A DNA stretch of 64,000 bases from Syntrophorhabdaceae bacterium (GCA_963666485.2 CAXXUO010000010.1:1-64000); one strand, 5' to 3'; positions 29,401 through 38,128 are shown, numbered from the stretch's first letter. The notes: generated from the letters alone by a model not told the origin. Numbers and translations are program-made.

Positions 29401-30050
29401 ACATCGGCGATCTTTCGTTCGATGATGCCCCGGTGTATGCCCGGCTTTGTCCGCGAATATATCTCGGCCGCCCGGTTGTACATGAGCAGGGCGTTCGTCG
29501 GGCTGCCCTGGTAGAACGCCGTGTCGCCGTTTCCTTCATACGAGCCGGCTATGAGAACATCGTCCTCAGACTCGCGGGCGAGAGGCATGGTGGCTTCGTA
29601 GAGCTTGAGCGCCTCACCCGGCCGGGACGTAAAGAGGAAATAGGCGCCGGCGCGGAGCATCATCCGGGTTAATGCCTTGTCATCCTTTCTTTTGCGTGCA
29701 CCTTCGAGGACCATGTTAACCAGCACGTCATCGCGCCCCCGTATTGCGTCTTCCAGTACCTTCTCCAGAATGGGCGCATTGATCTTTTCCTCATTTTCCG
29801 CGAAGACGGTCCAGAAGCGGCCCCCTTCTTTATGCGCGCTGACAAGCGAATTCGCGATGCGCGCCTCCTCATCCCCGTCGGAGAACGTGTCGCCTGAACG
29901 GGCATAGCCGCTGATGATGAGAAAACATGACAGTACGGAAATGAGAATGAGAGATACACGTCTGAATGTGGTCATAGGGCCCGGGACCTTCTTTTTATGA
30001 TGTATTCGGTACAGCGCTGCCTTAAACCGTTGCCGGCGGCGCGTATTCAC
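26499..30050 (-). CDS. Exported TPR-repeat + CHAT (caspase-fold cysteine protease) protein
   Basis: Basic N-terminus + hydrophobic segment; about 13 40-aa TPRs (GQADIYKGLGDI...); CHAT motifs IVPQGILAYLPFEAL, IHFSTHG, LVVLSACETG, SLWSV.D, HPFFWSAF. Alternative start ATG 29975. Confidence 0.92.
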   Translation of the reverse strand: MNTRRRQRFKAALYRIHHKKKVPGPMTTFRRVSLILISVLSCFLIISGYARSGDTFSDGDEEARIANSLVSAHKEGGRFWTVFAENEEKINAPILEKVLEDAIRGRDDVLVNMVLEGARKRKDDKALTRMMLRAGAYFLFTSRPGEALKLYEATMPLARESEDDVLIAGSYEGNGDTAFYQGSPTNALLMYNRAAEIYSRTKPGIHRGIIERKIADVHSQIGDGATAQKLIDSSLKIISREKSPREEGHVYRSMAYAAMRLRDNKTARGALELALARYKTASYEAGEADVYRASGDIDLKTGEVEDAREHYKNALALYKKTGFIVGEAYTLKGLADIAYFSGNNDEALETYKKALEMFRSAGYPLGQADTLRRMGQLSLRRGNVAAVSEAYETALPIYRQSREPVGQADIYKGLGDIGYYNRNFSRALEMYDRALPLYVSANEPLGQGNVQRSLGDIYFYAGDYPRALQYYENALRLYTRANSPLGQANTYRTMGEAYLRLKKIDHSLAMFNSAMAIYKKIREPIGQGDIYKTLGEIYLERGNRMGALDMFREALRLVTAANSLVDQGHAYQGIGDVFLSAGDFEQADQNYNLALGLYGQMQDMESQGVVLLKKASVAARKDDVEEAIRLYDAGLAKFEQVRSQAAFSELKRSYMEKIYDHYEGAALYVIEKDRAEKALQYIEAMKARMFLDQLAEARVDLEKGVDADVKKERDLLENQIVMLTRRLAEENQAKIPDKKVIEQLRSDANAAQEKLDALRRDIRYKNPLYASVEYPQPILAKKLQDTVLKENEVLLEYFMAKKGVWCLVIGKNGLNIVKLPAQYGELTSRVQKMLGNMRGIQRGERLRNDLSAELYDMLVKPVEEYIDGKTLIIVPQGILAYLPFEALMTTGKDGGKIFMIEKYPLAYIQSGTVLGVLRSQHSTENTRGGFVGFGDPVYDFKEYIAETGVDKKDAAAKENTEEGRPAEEKMAAPRDPSPGTVFMKTEYLRSGGTLTRLKGTAEEIEAIHSIYEKTGAKHQVYLRIDAREEKAKSPDMAQYSYIHFSTHGILQPGFQAIALSQIPSDKEDGFLTLGEIMNTRFNARLVVLSACETGLGELSNAEGVTGLTRAVMYAGSPAALVSLWSVADEPTRDLMTAFYDGLIHKEKTKLEALRAAKLSLLKDTKPGAYNHPFFWSAFVMYGE

Positions 30051-30274
30051 CCGCTATTGCCGTACGCTGCATTTCTCCGGCCTGTAGCCGGGCGGCACAA
30101 GAACACGGTTTCAGGAAGTGCCCTCGAAAGGTTCCCGTCTATGAACGTCGGCACGGCGGGTGGATCGGGAGGGTCACGAGGCGGAGGACGTCCGGTGTCC
30201 TCGTTCGCGAGACAAACGCCAACGGATACTGCCAGTGATAACACGAGAAGCAGGATAAGAAAAAACCGTTTCAC
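30047..30274 (-). CDS. Small secreted Pro-rich peptide (75 aa, DPPDP motif)
   Basis: 23-aa signal peptide ending GVCLA; RPPPRDPPDPPAV; stop overlaps CHAT start (GTGA). Confidence 0.7.
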   Translation of the reverse strand: MKRFFLILLLVLSLAVSVGVCLANEDTGRPPPRDPPDPPAVPTFIDGNLSRALPETVFLCRPATGRRNAAYGNSG

Positions 30275-30306
30275 AATATGCTATGCCCGCACTGCCTTCC
30301 GTCCCT

Positions 30307-30435
30307 TTAATAGGGCGCGGTGATCGTTGTCCCGACCGCTTCCGGCGGTTTTGGATCCGGAGGATCGGCGAAACACATGCCAGTCACGGAAAGCATGACA
30401 ATCGCCGAAACGATGATCTTTACGACCAGTTTCAT
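30307..30435 (-). CDS. Small secreted Pro-rich peptide (42 aa, DPPDP motif)
   Basis: MKLVVKIIVSAIVMLSVTGMCFA|DPPDPKPPEAVGTTITAPY; GGGGG SD 5 nt before ATG 30435. Confidence 0.7.
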   Translation of the reverse strand: MKLVVKIIVSAIVMLSVTGMCFADPPDPKPPEAVGTTITAPY

Positions 30436-30478
30436 TACTACCCCCGTTCTGCTGCCTGTAAAACCATGCCTTGGAACA

Positions 30479-30507
30479 AGAATAGTAAAAAGGACGGGAA
30501 TTGTCAA
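30479..30507 (-). promoter_or_regulatory. Sigma70-like promoter for the peptide-peptide-CHAT operon
   Basis: TTGACA (30507-30502), 17-nt spacer, TATTCT (30484-30479). Confidence 0.55.
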
Positions 30508-30788
30508 TATGCCATATTGCATTGATAATAAAGGACGTACGCGTTCGTAATCCAGGTCACAATGCTGTAAGGCCAGATTGTGATTTAACTCCCAATTTTT
30601 TTTCTTTATCTGTGACTCGAGTCATTTCGGGCCGCTGCGTTTGCCGGTATACTTTCGACAGTATGGGACGAGTGGTGATCAAAAGTAAATTTTATTTCAT
30701 CGAAGCAAAGGATTTGCTTCTGAATTATCCGGATGCGCGGCACTTCGGGAATTGGGGCGGCCGGCGCACAAAAAAGGAGGCAAATACA

Positions 30789-30980
30789 ATGATACGGGAA
30801 ATAAGGTTTATTGTGACCGGTGAAGTGAAGAAACCAAAAACAGGCGACTGGTTCCTTAACTCTAATAACCTTCCCATTTGTGCAGCCCACGATTTCAATG
30901 TTACCAAGTTCCGCATGCTTAAAATGGAAGCGATCGATGAAGAGGGCCGGGCGGTAAGGACAAGCCGGGTGATCTTCTAG
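30789..30980 (+). CDS. Small hypothetical protein (63 aa)
   Basis: AAGGAGG SD before ATG 30789; MIREIRFIVTGEVKKPKTGDWFLN... Confidence 0.7.
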   Translation: MIREIRFIVTGEVKKPKTGDWFLNSNNLPICAAHDFNVTKFRMLKMEAIDEEGRAVRTSRVIF

Positions 30981-31111
30981 AAGGAGCATGGGGGGGAGGC
31001 TGTCGGGCGGCCTGTCACGAACGGCCGCCCCAAACCTCCTCGCCGGCTTCATTTTTCCTGTGGTAATCATACCCCGTGTCGGGTAATATTAACGTTAAAA
31101 GGGACGTACAG

Positions 31112-31543
31112 GTGAAACTCGAGCACATAGGTTTTGTCGTTGAGAAGATCGAGGAGTTTGCACGGGTGCTGAAGGCGATAGGGTTCGGTGCAATGACCCG
31201 CCCGGTGGCGGATCATAACAACAACGTCTACGCGTCGTTCGTGCCTGTCGGCGGCAATGACGATGTGTATCTCGAGGTCTTGGAGCCGGTCGACGACACG
31301 TCGGTCGTCTCGGGCTTCCTGAAAAGGACAGGCGGCGGCCTCCATCATTTATGCTTTGAAGTGGACGATATAGAAAAAGCCTCAAAGGAACTCGCAGGGC
31401 TCGGCTTTAAAATGGTGTCCGGCCCGGCCCTGTGCCCGGCGTACGACGAAAATCTGGGACGTACATGCGAAGGCGTCACAAAGATATCCTTCTTCCTTTT
31501 GCCGAACCGGCTGCTCATCGAGCTATTGGAAAAAGGACGGTAG
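31112..31543 (+). CDS. VOC/glyoxalase family protein (methylmalonyl-CoA epimerase-like)
   Basis: LEHIGFVV, YLEVLEP, GGGLHHLCFEVDDI, LIELLE. Confidence 0.85.
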   Translation: MKLEHIGFVVEKIEEFARVLKAIGFGAMTRPVADHNNNVYASFVPVGGNDDVYLEVLEPVDDTSVVSGFLKRTGGGLHHLCFEVDDIEKASKELAGLGFKMVSGPALCPAYDENLGRTCEGVTKISFFLLPNRLLIELLEKGR

Positions 31544-31556
31544 GAGGAAGCTGCCC

Positions 31557-32114
31557 GTGACACGGGACGATGCCGAAAGATTACTGAAACAGTATGTCAA
31601 GAACGACAGGATGCTCAATCATTGCTATGCCTCCGAGGCGGTCATGCGGTCGCTTGCGCGAAGGCTTGGAGAAGATGAAGAAAAATGGGCCCTGGCAGGG
31701 CTTCTCCATGATATCGACATCGAGGTGACAGATGCGGACCTGAGCCGCCACGGGCTCGAGGCGCAGAAGATACTGGCGCAGAACGGGGTCGATCCCGAGA
31801 TCGTCGATGCAGTGCTCATGCACAACGAACGTGCAGCCGGCGGCAGACAAAGGGAGACCCGCTTCCAGCATGCGCTAGCAGCCGGCGAGACAATAACGGG
31901 CCTCATCATCGCGACGACCCTCGTGTACCCGGACAAAAGGCTTGCCAGCGTGAAGACAAAGTCCGTTGTCAAGCGCATGAAGGAAAAGGCATTCGCTGCC
32001 TCGGTGAACCGGGACATAATCATGGAATGCGAGATGATCGGCATTCCCCTCAACGAGTTCGCCGAGCTGTCCATCGCTGCGATGCTCGAGATAAGCGATA
32101 CATTAGGGCTTTGA
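31557..32114 (+). CDS. HD/HDIG-domain phosphohydrolase
   Basis: NHCYASEAVM, GLLHDID, KEKAFAASVNR. Confidence 0.88.
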   Translation: MTRDDAERLLKQYVKNDRMLNHCYASEAVMRSLARRLGEDEEKWALAGLLHDIDIEVTDADLSRHGLEAQKILAQNGVDPEIVDAVLMHNERAAGGRQRETRFQHALAAGETITGLIIATTLVYPDKRLASVKTKSVVKRMKEKAFAASVNRDIIMECEMIGIPLNEFAELSIAAMLEISDTLGL

Positions 32115-32182
32115 ACGGTGCAACGGGGACCCTTCCCGGAAATCCTGCCCGAAATAAATATTCACCAACGAGATAGAACCGG

Positions 32183-33466
32183 ATGAATGGCGTATCGACG
32201 AACGGCACAGTGCTGGCGAAAATAAAGAATTCACCTTACGTGCAGGCCTTTGCAAGCTACCGCATGATCGTCATGGTCATTCTCGGTTTCGCTTCCGGCC
32301 TGCCGCTGCCGCTCACGTCAGGCACGCTCCAGGCGTGGCTGACCACGGCGGGCGTCGACATAAAGATGATCGGCATCTTTTCCATCGTCGGTCTTCCTTA
32401 CACGTTAAAATTTCTCTGGTCGCCTTTCATGGACAGGTTTGTGCCGCCGTTTCTCGGCAGGCGCAGGGGGTGGATCGTCTTGACGCAGGTCGCCCTCCTT
32501 GCCGGTATTGCGGTTATGGCCTTTATGTCGCCTCAGAGCATGCCCCTCGCGCTCGGCATCATCGCCCTGTGCGTCGCATTTTTTTCCGCTTCGCAGGATA
32601 TCGTCGTCGATGCGTACCGGACGGACGTCCTGCCGACACAGGAGAGGGGCACCGGGGTCGCAGTTTTTATATTTGGCTACAGGATAGCGTTTCTCGTTGC
32701 AGGCGCCCTGGCCCTCATGATGGCCGACAGGGTGGGATGGCAGAAAACATACATCTTCATGGCATCGCTCATGATCCTCGGTATGCTGGGCTCCTTCGCC
32801 GGGCGCGAACCGGATGGGAAGATAGTTCCGCCGCGAAGCATGGGCGAAGCCGTCTGGGGCCCCTTGAAGGATTTCTTTTCGCGGAGATCGGCCATCGTCA
32901 TATTGCTTTTCATCATCCTCTACAAACTCGGCGACGCGTACGCCGGGGCGCTGACAACGGCATTCCTCATCCGCGGTGTGCATTTTTCTTTAAGTGAACT
33001 GGCGATCATCAATAAATTGATAGGGATCGTCGCGACGATAGTCGGGGCCCTCTTTGGCGGGACCCTGATGGTGAAGATGGGCCTTTTCCGCTCCCTCTGG
33101 TGGTTTGGCATCCTGCAGACAGTATCGAATTTTTCCTTTATGGTACTGGCCGTTATCGGAAAGAGTTATACCGCGGCCATCGTTGCGGTCGCGTTTGAAA
33201 ATATCACCGGGGGTATGGGCTCGACAGCGTTCGTGGCCTTTGTCATGGCCCTGTGCAACAAGCGTTTCACAGCGACCCAGTTCGCCCTTTTGTCGTCTCT
33301 TGCCGTCCTGGGGCGCGTCGTGATATCCCCGACATCGGGATATATCGTGACCTATGTCGGATGGGCGATATTCTTCCTGTTCACGGTCATTGCGGCTCTG
33401 CCCGGTTTGGCCCTCCTTTTGTACCTGAAAAAGGAGATAATTTTGCTCGACAAGAGTGCGTCGTAA
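32183..33466 (+). CDS. ampG: Muropeptide permease AmpG (MFS)
   Basis: LGFASGLP, LKFLWSPFMD, GRRRGW, SASQDIVVDAYR, LYKLGD, ATQFALLSSL. Confidence 0.93.
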   Translation: MNGVSTNGTVLAKIKNSPYVQAFASYRMIVMVILGFASGLPLPLTSGTLQAWLTTAGVDIKMIGIFSIVGLPYTLKFLWSPFMDRFVPPFLGRRRGWIVLTQVALLAGIAVMAFMSPQSMPLALGIIALCVAFFSASQDIVVDAYRTDVLPTQERGTGVAVFIFGYRIAFLVAGALALMMADRVGWQKTYIFMASLMILGMLGSFAGREPDGKIVPPRSMGEAVWGPLKDFFSRRSAIVILLFIILYKLGDAYAGALTTAFLIRGVHFSLSELAIINKLIGIVATIVGALFGGTLMVKMGLFRSLWWFGILQTVSNFSFMVLAVIGKSYTAAIVAVAFENITGGMGSTAFVAFVMALCNKRFTATQFALLSSLAVLGRVVISPTSGYIVTYVGWAIFFLFTVIAALPGLALLLYLKKEIILLDKSAS

Positions 33467-33538
33467 CCCGTTTTTGCCTTATTTTTCATGCACTTCATTT
33501 TTATCAAAAGTTTTATTAAAGTTTTTTCATAAATTTCA

Positions 33539-33567
33539 TTGACAGGTTTTTGATACTATGGGATACT
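33539..33567 (+). promoter_or_regulatory. Sigma70 promoter of the cold-shock gene with long 5' leader
   Basis: TTGACA-17-GATACT, about 110 nt upstream of ATG 33683. Confidence 0.5.
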
Positions 33568-33682
33568 GACAAACGAAGTTTCGGAAGTCGCTGTCAGTAG
33601 TGCTGAAGTGCCTTTAAGTACATCAACATCCACGACGCAGTTCCGTAATCTTCAAAAATATTTTAAGGAGGGTTTTAGTAAG

Positions 33683-33883
33683 ATGGCAAAAGGAACTGTG
33701 AAGTGGTTTAATGAGTCCAAAGGTTTTGGTTTTATAACGCAGGATGACGGTGTGGATGTTTTCGTTCACTACTCAGCGATCCAGGACTCCGGTTTCAAAA
33801 CCCTTGCGGAAGGCCAGGAAGTGAATTTTGACGTCGTGAAAGGTCCCAAGGGGCTTCAGGCGGCGAACGTAACAAAACTCTAA
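33683..33883 (+). CDS. csp: Cold-shock protein (CspA family)
   Basis: [31 protein letters not shown]. Confidence 0.97.
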   Translation: MAKGTVKWFNESKGFGFITQDDGVDVFVHYSAIQDSGFKTLAEGQEVNFDVVKGPKGLQAANVTKL

Positions 33884-33941
33884 AACTTAAAATAAAGGGG
33901 CCCGGTCCGTGCCGGGTCCTTCAATACATTTTATCTCAGGT

Positions 33942-34694
33942 TTAGCCGTGGAAGATCTCGAACTGGAACGTTTGGGGTCTTAACACCACGACGCCGGGTT
34001 TTTCTTTTATATAATTCACCAACAACTGGTCAGTGACTTTACGGTATGCTTCGGCGGATGAGGCGTGGCGCAGGTACGTGCCGCCATCGTGCTTGATGGC
34101 GATGCCGACATGGGAGACATCGAGGCCGTCCGTCTCCGTGTACATCCCGATATAATCGCCCGTATCGAGGGCCTGCAAGATCTCCTCATCGATCGAGGAC
34201 GAAGGGATATAGTCTATCATGCGTTCTACAACGGGGAGCCCGTCGAGAAACAGCGATCCGCCAGACGTGAGATTGAGCGATTTCAAAGTTGCCCGGGTCC
34301 TGTCTCCGCCAATCTCGCGGGTGATGTCCACTATGGACCCGCCGCTGTATTCCCGCCAGTCAGTGAAGAAATGGTTGCGCATTTGAAAGGAAACGATACC
34401 CGATCTATACCGCACTTTTTTGAGTTTCCCGAGAAAATCGGTGAATGAAGTAGAGCGGCGCAGCGACTCCACGTAATCGAGGAATGTGAAGCAGTCTATC
34501 CCGGAAAGGTCCACAACGAATTCTTCATCTGTGGCTGCACTGCCGATGAGTGTTGATTCCCTGTACGGGACCTCCAGAAATTTCCCCGACAGATACTGGA
34601 TGCGCTCATCGACATCGTGAAGGCATTGTGCGCTGGAAAGCATCAGGTCGATGTCCGATTCCGTCCAGTTTCCGAGTGATATTTTTGCACACAT
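33942..34694 (-). CDS. DUF1460 NlpC/P60-like N-acetylmuramoyl-L-alanine amidase
   Basis: PY..STL.G, DCFTFLDYV (catalytic Cys), RNHFFTDW, GLDVSHVG, RHASS. Confidence 0.85.
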   Translation of the reverse strand: MCAKISLGNWTESDIDLMLSSAQCLHDVDERIQYLSGKFLEVPYRESTLIGSAATDEEFVVDLSGIDCFTFLDYVESLRRSTSFTDFLGKLKKVRYRSGIVSFQMRNHFFTDWREYSGGSIVDITREIGGDRTRATLKSLNLTSGGSLFLDGLPVVERMIDYIPSSSIDEEILQALDTGDYIGMYTETDGLDVSHVGIAIKHDGGTYLRHASSAEAYRKVTDQLLVNYIKEKPGVVVLRPQTFQFEIFHG

Positions 34695-34848
34695 GGTTTG
34701 TTATTCTAGCACAAAAACGAACGCGATGTCCCCTGTATGCCACATGGCCAAAACGGGTCGTGTCACCATTAACTTCTGCCTGAACACCCAAAAAGCGAGG
34801 ATAAGACCTCTGCCGTCAGTCCACGGCAAACCGGACGAAACTCTCCGC

Positions 34849-35173
34849 CGTCATTCCGGCGAAGGCCGGAATCCAGAGTCTTTGATGTTATATATCTTCT
34901 ATAATCTTACCGATATGCAATAGTTAATATCGAAAATTGCACGCTATATTAACGTGCCAGGAAAGGCAAAAGATACTGGATCCCGGCCTTCGCCGGGATG
35001 ACGGACCTGGGCGAATTGCAACATGGCATCTCTGCCCGGAATGACGGACGGGAAGGGTTAATGTTTACGGAATACCTTCACCATTCTTGCGACAAACCTG
35101 CTATAATCGGTCCATGCCCTTTCACTCAATCATGAAAAGAAAAGACACTGGATTCCGGCAAGCCGGAATGACG
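34849..35173. repeat. REP-like hairpin cluster (inverted pair plus extra right arms)
   Basis: cgtcattccggcgaaggccggaatccag ... ctggatcccggccttcgccgggatgacg; ctggattccggcaagccggaatgacg. Confidence 0.85.
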
Positions 35174-35229
35174 AATTTAGTATTGCAAGCTAATCCTATG
35201 AACTTTGATATTCAGGGATAGTGTTCGCA

Positions 35230-36099
35230 ATGCGCGTAACAGACATTCATGTTCACGGTTTCGGGACTTACGACACGCTAACGGACGACGCGGACGACAT
35301 CCTCGCGATGGCCCGGCTTCATCATGCGTCCGGTGTTGACGCCATAGTCCCGACGGTTTACCCGTCATCTGCTGATGCGATGAGACGCAGCATGGCAGCC
35401 GTGAAGGCGGCGATGGAATGTCAGCGAAAGGACGGGCAAGGTGATGCGGCCGCTATCCTCGGCATCCATCTCGAGGGCCCTTTTCTCAACCCGGCCATGG
35501 CCGGCGCACTCGACAAAGGCTCTTTCCGTCAGCCGACGGTCGACAACTATCTTCGCCTCGTCGACGGTGTCGGTGATGCGGTCAGGATCGTTACGATCGC
35601 GCCGGAACTCGACGGTTCGCTCGAATTGATGAGGTTCCTGGCGGCCAACGGTATAACCGTCAGCATGGGCCATTCCGACGCTACTTTTGCCGAGGCTGAA
35701 GAAGGACACAGGGCCGGTGCGCGGGGCGTCACGCATATCTTCAACGCGATGCGCCCGATGCACCACCGGGAACCGGGGATTGCCGGCTTTGCCCTGATGT
35801 CCCCGGACGTGTATGTCGAAGTTATCGCCGATCCCTATCACCTGTCCGACCGGCTCATCGATTTTATATTCCGGGTAAAGAATCCTGAACGGATCATGCT
35901 TGTCTCCGACATGGTGCGATCGGGACCGGTAATCCCCGGGGACGGGGCCGCGCGGGACGCAACGGGAAGACTTGCCGGCGGTTCCCTGGTAATCACGGAG
36001 GCGGCGGCGCGTCTTAATGCCCTGGGGATCGACCGCAGCCTGACCGACCGGGCCATCCGTGAAAATCCGGCACTGTACCTGGGCCTCGACAATGACTAG
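35230..36099 (+). CDS. nagA: N-acetylglucosamine-6-phosphate deacetylase (short form)
   Basis: DIHVHG, PT, GIHLEGPF, TIAPE, GHSDA, THIFNAM, IAD..H, LVSD, LAGG. Confidence 0.88.
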   Translation: MRVTDIHVHGFGTYDTLTDDADDILAMARLHHASGVDAIVPTVYPSSADAMRRSMAAVKAAMECQRKDGQGDAAAILGIHLEGPFLNPAMAGALDKGSFRQPTVDNYLRLVDGVGDAVRIVTIAPELDGSLELMRFLAANGITVSMGHSDATFAEAEEGHRAGARGVTHIFNAMRPMHHREPGIAGFALMSPDVYVEVIADPYHLSDRLIDFIFRVKNPERIMLVSDMVRSGPVIPGDGAARDATGRLAGGSLVITEAAARLNALGIDRSLTDRAIRENPALYLGLDND

Positions 36100-36233
36100 A
36101 CGCGTGCACGTTCGCCCCGCCGCGGCCAAAAGACGTTATGTTCTTTTGTGCAAAATGAGCCATATTTTGCCGGACCATGGACGGATAGTTTGTATTACAT
36201 TGTAATGAGTGGTGGGTAACCCCTTAATTAACA

Positions 36234-36262
36234 TTGACTATCCGGGTGAATTCCATTAGAAT
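36234..36262 (+). promoter_or_regulatory. Sigma70 promoter of the ffh operon
   Basis: TTGACT-17-TAGAAT. Confidence 0.65.
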
Positions 36263-36277
36263 ATACCCCTATAAGCT

Positions 36278-37609
36278 ATGTTCGAAAAGTTACAGGAAAG
36301 ATTTGAATCGACCTTCAAGAAGGTTCGGGGATACGGGAAGCTTACCGAAACCAACATCAAGGACACGCTGCGCGAGGTGAGAGTAGCGCTTCTGGAAGCT
36401 GATGTCAATTTTAAGGTAGCGAAGGATTTCCTCGAAAAAGTGAAGGAAAAGGCAATGGGCGAGGACGTGCTTTCGAGCATCACGCCCGGGCAGCAGTTCG
36501 TGAAGATCGTCTACGATGAGCTGTGTGACGTCCTCGGCAGCGCAAACAAGCCGCTCGACGTCGCCGCCACTCCGCCCGTTCCGGTTATGCTTATCGGCCT
36601 GCAGGGTTCCGGCAAGACGACGACCTCGGCAAAGCTCGCGATCCTGATCAGGAAGATGGGGCGCAAGCCGCTGCTCGTACCTTCCGACATATACCGGCCG
36701 GCAGCGATAGACCAGCTTGTCAAGCTCGGAAAGCAGATCAACGTCGAGGCGTTCACGATGGATGTCGTGAAAGACCCCGTCACGATCTGTAAAGAAGCGA
36801 AGATCTACGCCATGCGCAACGGCTACGATACCCTGATCATCGACACGGCGGGCCGGCTGCATATCGACGACAACATGGTGGGCGAGCTCGTCGAGCAGAA
36901 AAAAGCGCTCAACCCGAAGGAAACCCTTCTCGTTCTCGACGCAATGACCGGCCAGGATGCCGTGAGCATTGCCACCGTTTTTAACGAGAAGCTTGGCATA
37001 GACGGCATCATCCTGACGAAGCTCGACGGCGATACCCGCGGTGGTGCGGCCATATCGATAAAGGCCGTGACCGGCAAGCCGATCAAGTTCATCGGTGTCG
37101 GCGAGAAGCTCGATGCACTCGAGCCGTTCTTTCCCGACCGGATGGCATCGCGCATCCTCGGCATGGGAGACGTCGTTTCCCTCGTCGAAAAGGCGCAGGA
37201 CATCTATGACGAAAAACAGGCCCGGGAGCTCGAGCGGAAGTTCCGCAAGGACGAGTTCACCCTCGAGGATTTCCGTGACCAGATACGCCAGATGAAGAAA
37301 ATGGGGTCGCTGGAATCGATCATCGGCATGATCCCGGGAATGGGCAAATTAAAGGGTGCAATAAATTTCGCGGAAGCGGAAAAGGATATAAAAAAGACAG
37401 AGGCGATCATCAATTCCATGACCACGAAGGAACGGGCGAAGCCCAACATCATCGACGGGAGCCGGCGGCTGCGCATATCGAAGGGAAGCGGCACGCAGGT
37501 GCAGGATGTCAATGATCTCCTCAAGAAATACATGGAAACAAAAAAACTGCTGAAGAAATTTACCAAGGGAGGCGCCAAGGGCCTCCAGAGACAGCTTTTC
37601 ATGAAATAA
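36278..37609 (+). CDS. ffh: Signal recognition particle protein
   Basis: ALLEADV, GLQGSGKTT, DTAGR, TKLDGD.RGG, RMASRILGMGD, M domain. Confidence 0.98.
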   Translation: MFEKLQERFESTFKKVRGYGKLTETNIKDTLREVRVALLEADVNFKVAKDFLEKVKEKAMGEDVLSSITPGQQFVKIVYDELCDVLGSANKPLDVAATPPVPVMLIGLQGSGKTTTSAKLAILIRKMGRKPLLVPSDIYRPAAIDQLVKLGKQINVEAFTMDVVKDPVTICKEAKIYAMRNGYDTLIIDTAGRLHIDDNMVGELVEQKKALNPKETLLVLDAMTGQDAVSIATVFNEKLGIDGIILTKLDGDTRGGAAISIKAVTGKPIKFIGVGEKLDALEPFFPDRMASRILGMGDVVSLVEKAQDIYDEKQARELERKFRKDEFTLEDFRDQIRQMKKMGSLESIIGMIPGMGKLKGAINFAEAEKDIKKTEAIINSMTTKERAKPNIIDGSRRLRISKGSGTQVQDVNDLLKKYMETKKLLKKFTKGGAKGLQRQLFMK

Positions 37610-37621
37610 GGAGGTGGGATT

Positions 37622-37876
37622 TTGGCTGTAAAATTTAGATTGTCGAGGTTTGGAGCAAAGAAGAAACCATTTTACCGTATTGTCGTGGCGGACGAACGCT
37701 CCCCGAGGGACGGGAGGTTCATCGATAAGGTCGGGTTTTATGATCCACTCAAGAACCCGGCGCAGATAAGCCTCGACAAAGAAAAGATCAAAACGTGGTA
37801 TGAAAAAGGGGTAAGGCCCACGAGGACCGTTGAGAGTCTGTTCAAGAGAGAGGGGGTTCTGAAGGAGCTTTCTTAA
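37622..37876 (+). CDS. rpsP: 30S ribosomal protein S16
   Basis: G.KKKPFYRIVVAD.RSPRDG. Confidence 0.97.
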   Translation: MAVKFRLSRFGAKKKPFYRIVVADERSPRDGRFIDKVGFYDPLKNPAQISLDKEKIKTWYEKGVRPTRTVESLFKREGVLKELS

Positions 37877-37894
37877 ATCCTACGGAGGTGGATC

Positions 37895-38128
37895 GTGTTG
37901 AAAGAGTTGATCGAGTACATTGCGAAGGCATTAGTTGACAATCCTGATTCTGTGCGGGTCTCCGAGATCGAGGGGGAAAAAACATCGGTAATCGAGCTCA
38001 ATGTTGCCAAAGATGACCTTGGGAAAGTCATCGGGAAGCAGGGCAGAACCGCCCGGGCCATGAGGACGATATTGAGCGCGGCCTCGACGAAGGTCAAGAA
38101 GAGAGCGGTCCTCGAGATCATCGAATAA
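37895..38128 (+). CDS. khpA: KH-domain RNA-binding protein
   Basis: [18 protein letters not shown]. Confidence 0.95.
   Translation: MLKELIEYIAKALVDNPDSVRVSEIEGEKTSVIELNVAKDDLGKVIGKQGRTARAMRTILSAASTKVKKRAVLEIIE

Noticed and set aside
26499..30050. TPR-CHAT as part of a Craspase or gasdermin defence locus
   Set aside because: No Cas7-11, gasdermin, STAND NTPase or sigma/anti-sigma neighbour in the window, and the protease appears exported
30047..30435. Peptides as lipoproteins or classical RiPP precursors
   Set aside because: Cys contexts (VGVC, TGMC) do not fit the lipobox; no modifying enzymes or dedicated exporter nearby
34937..34960. Sigma54-like TGGCACG on - strand
   Set aside because: No TTGC at the -12 spacing; lies inside a REP spacer
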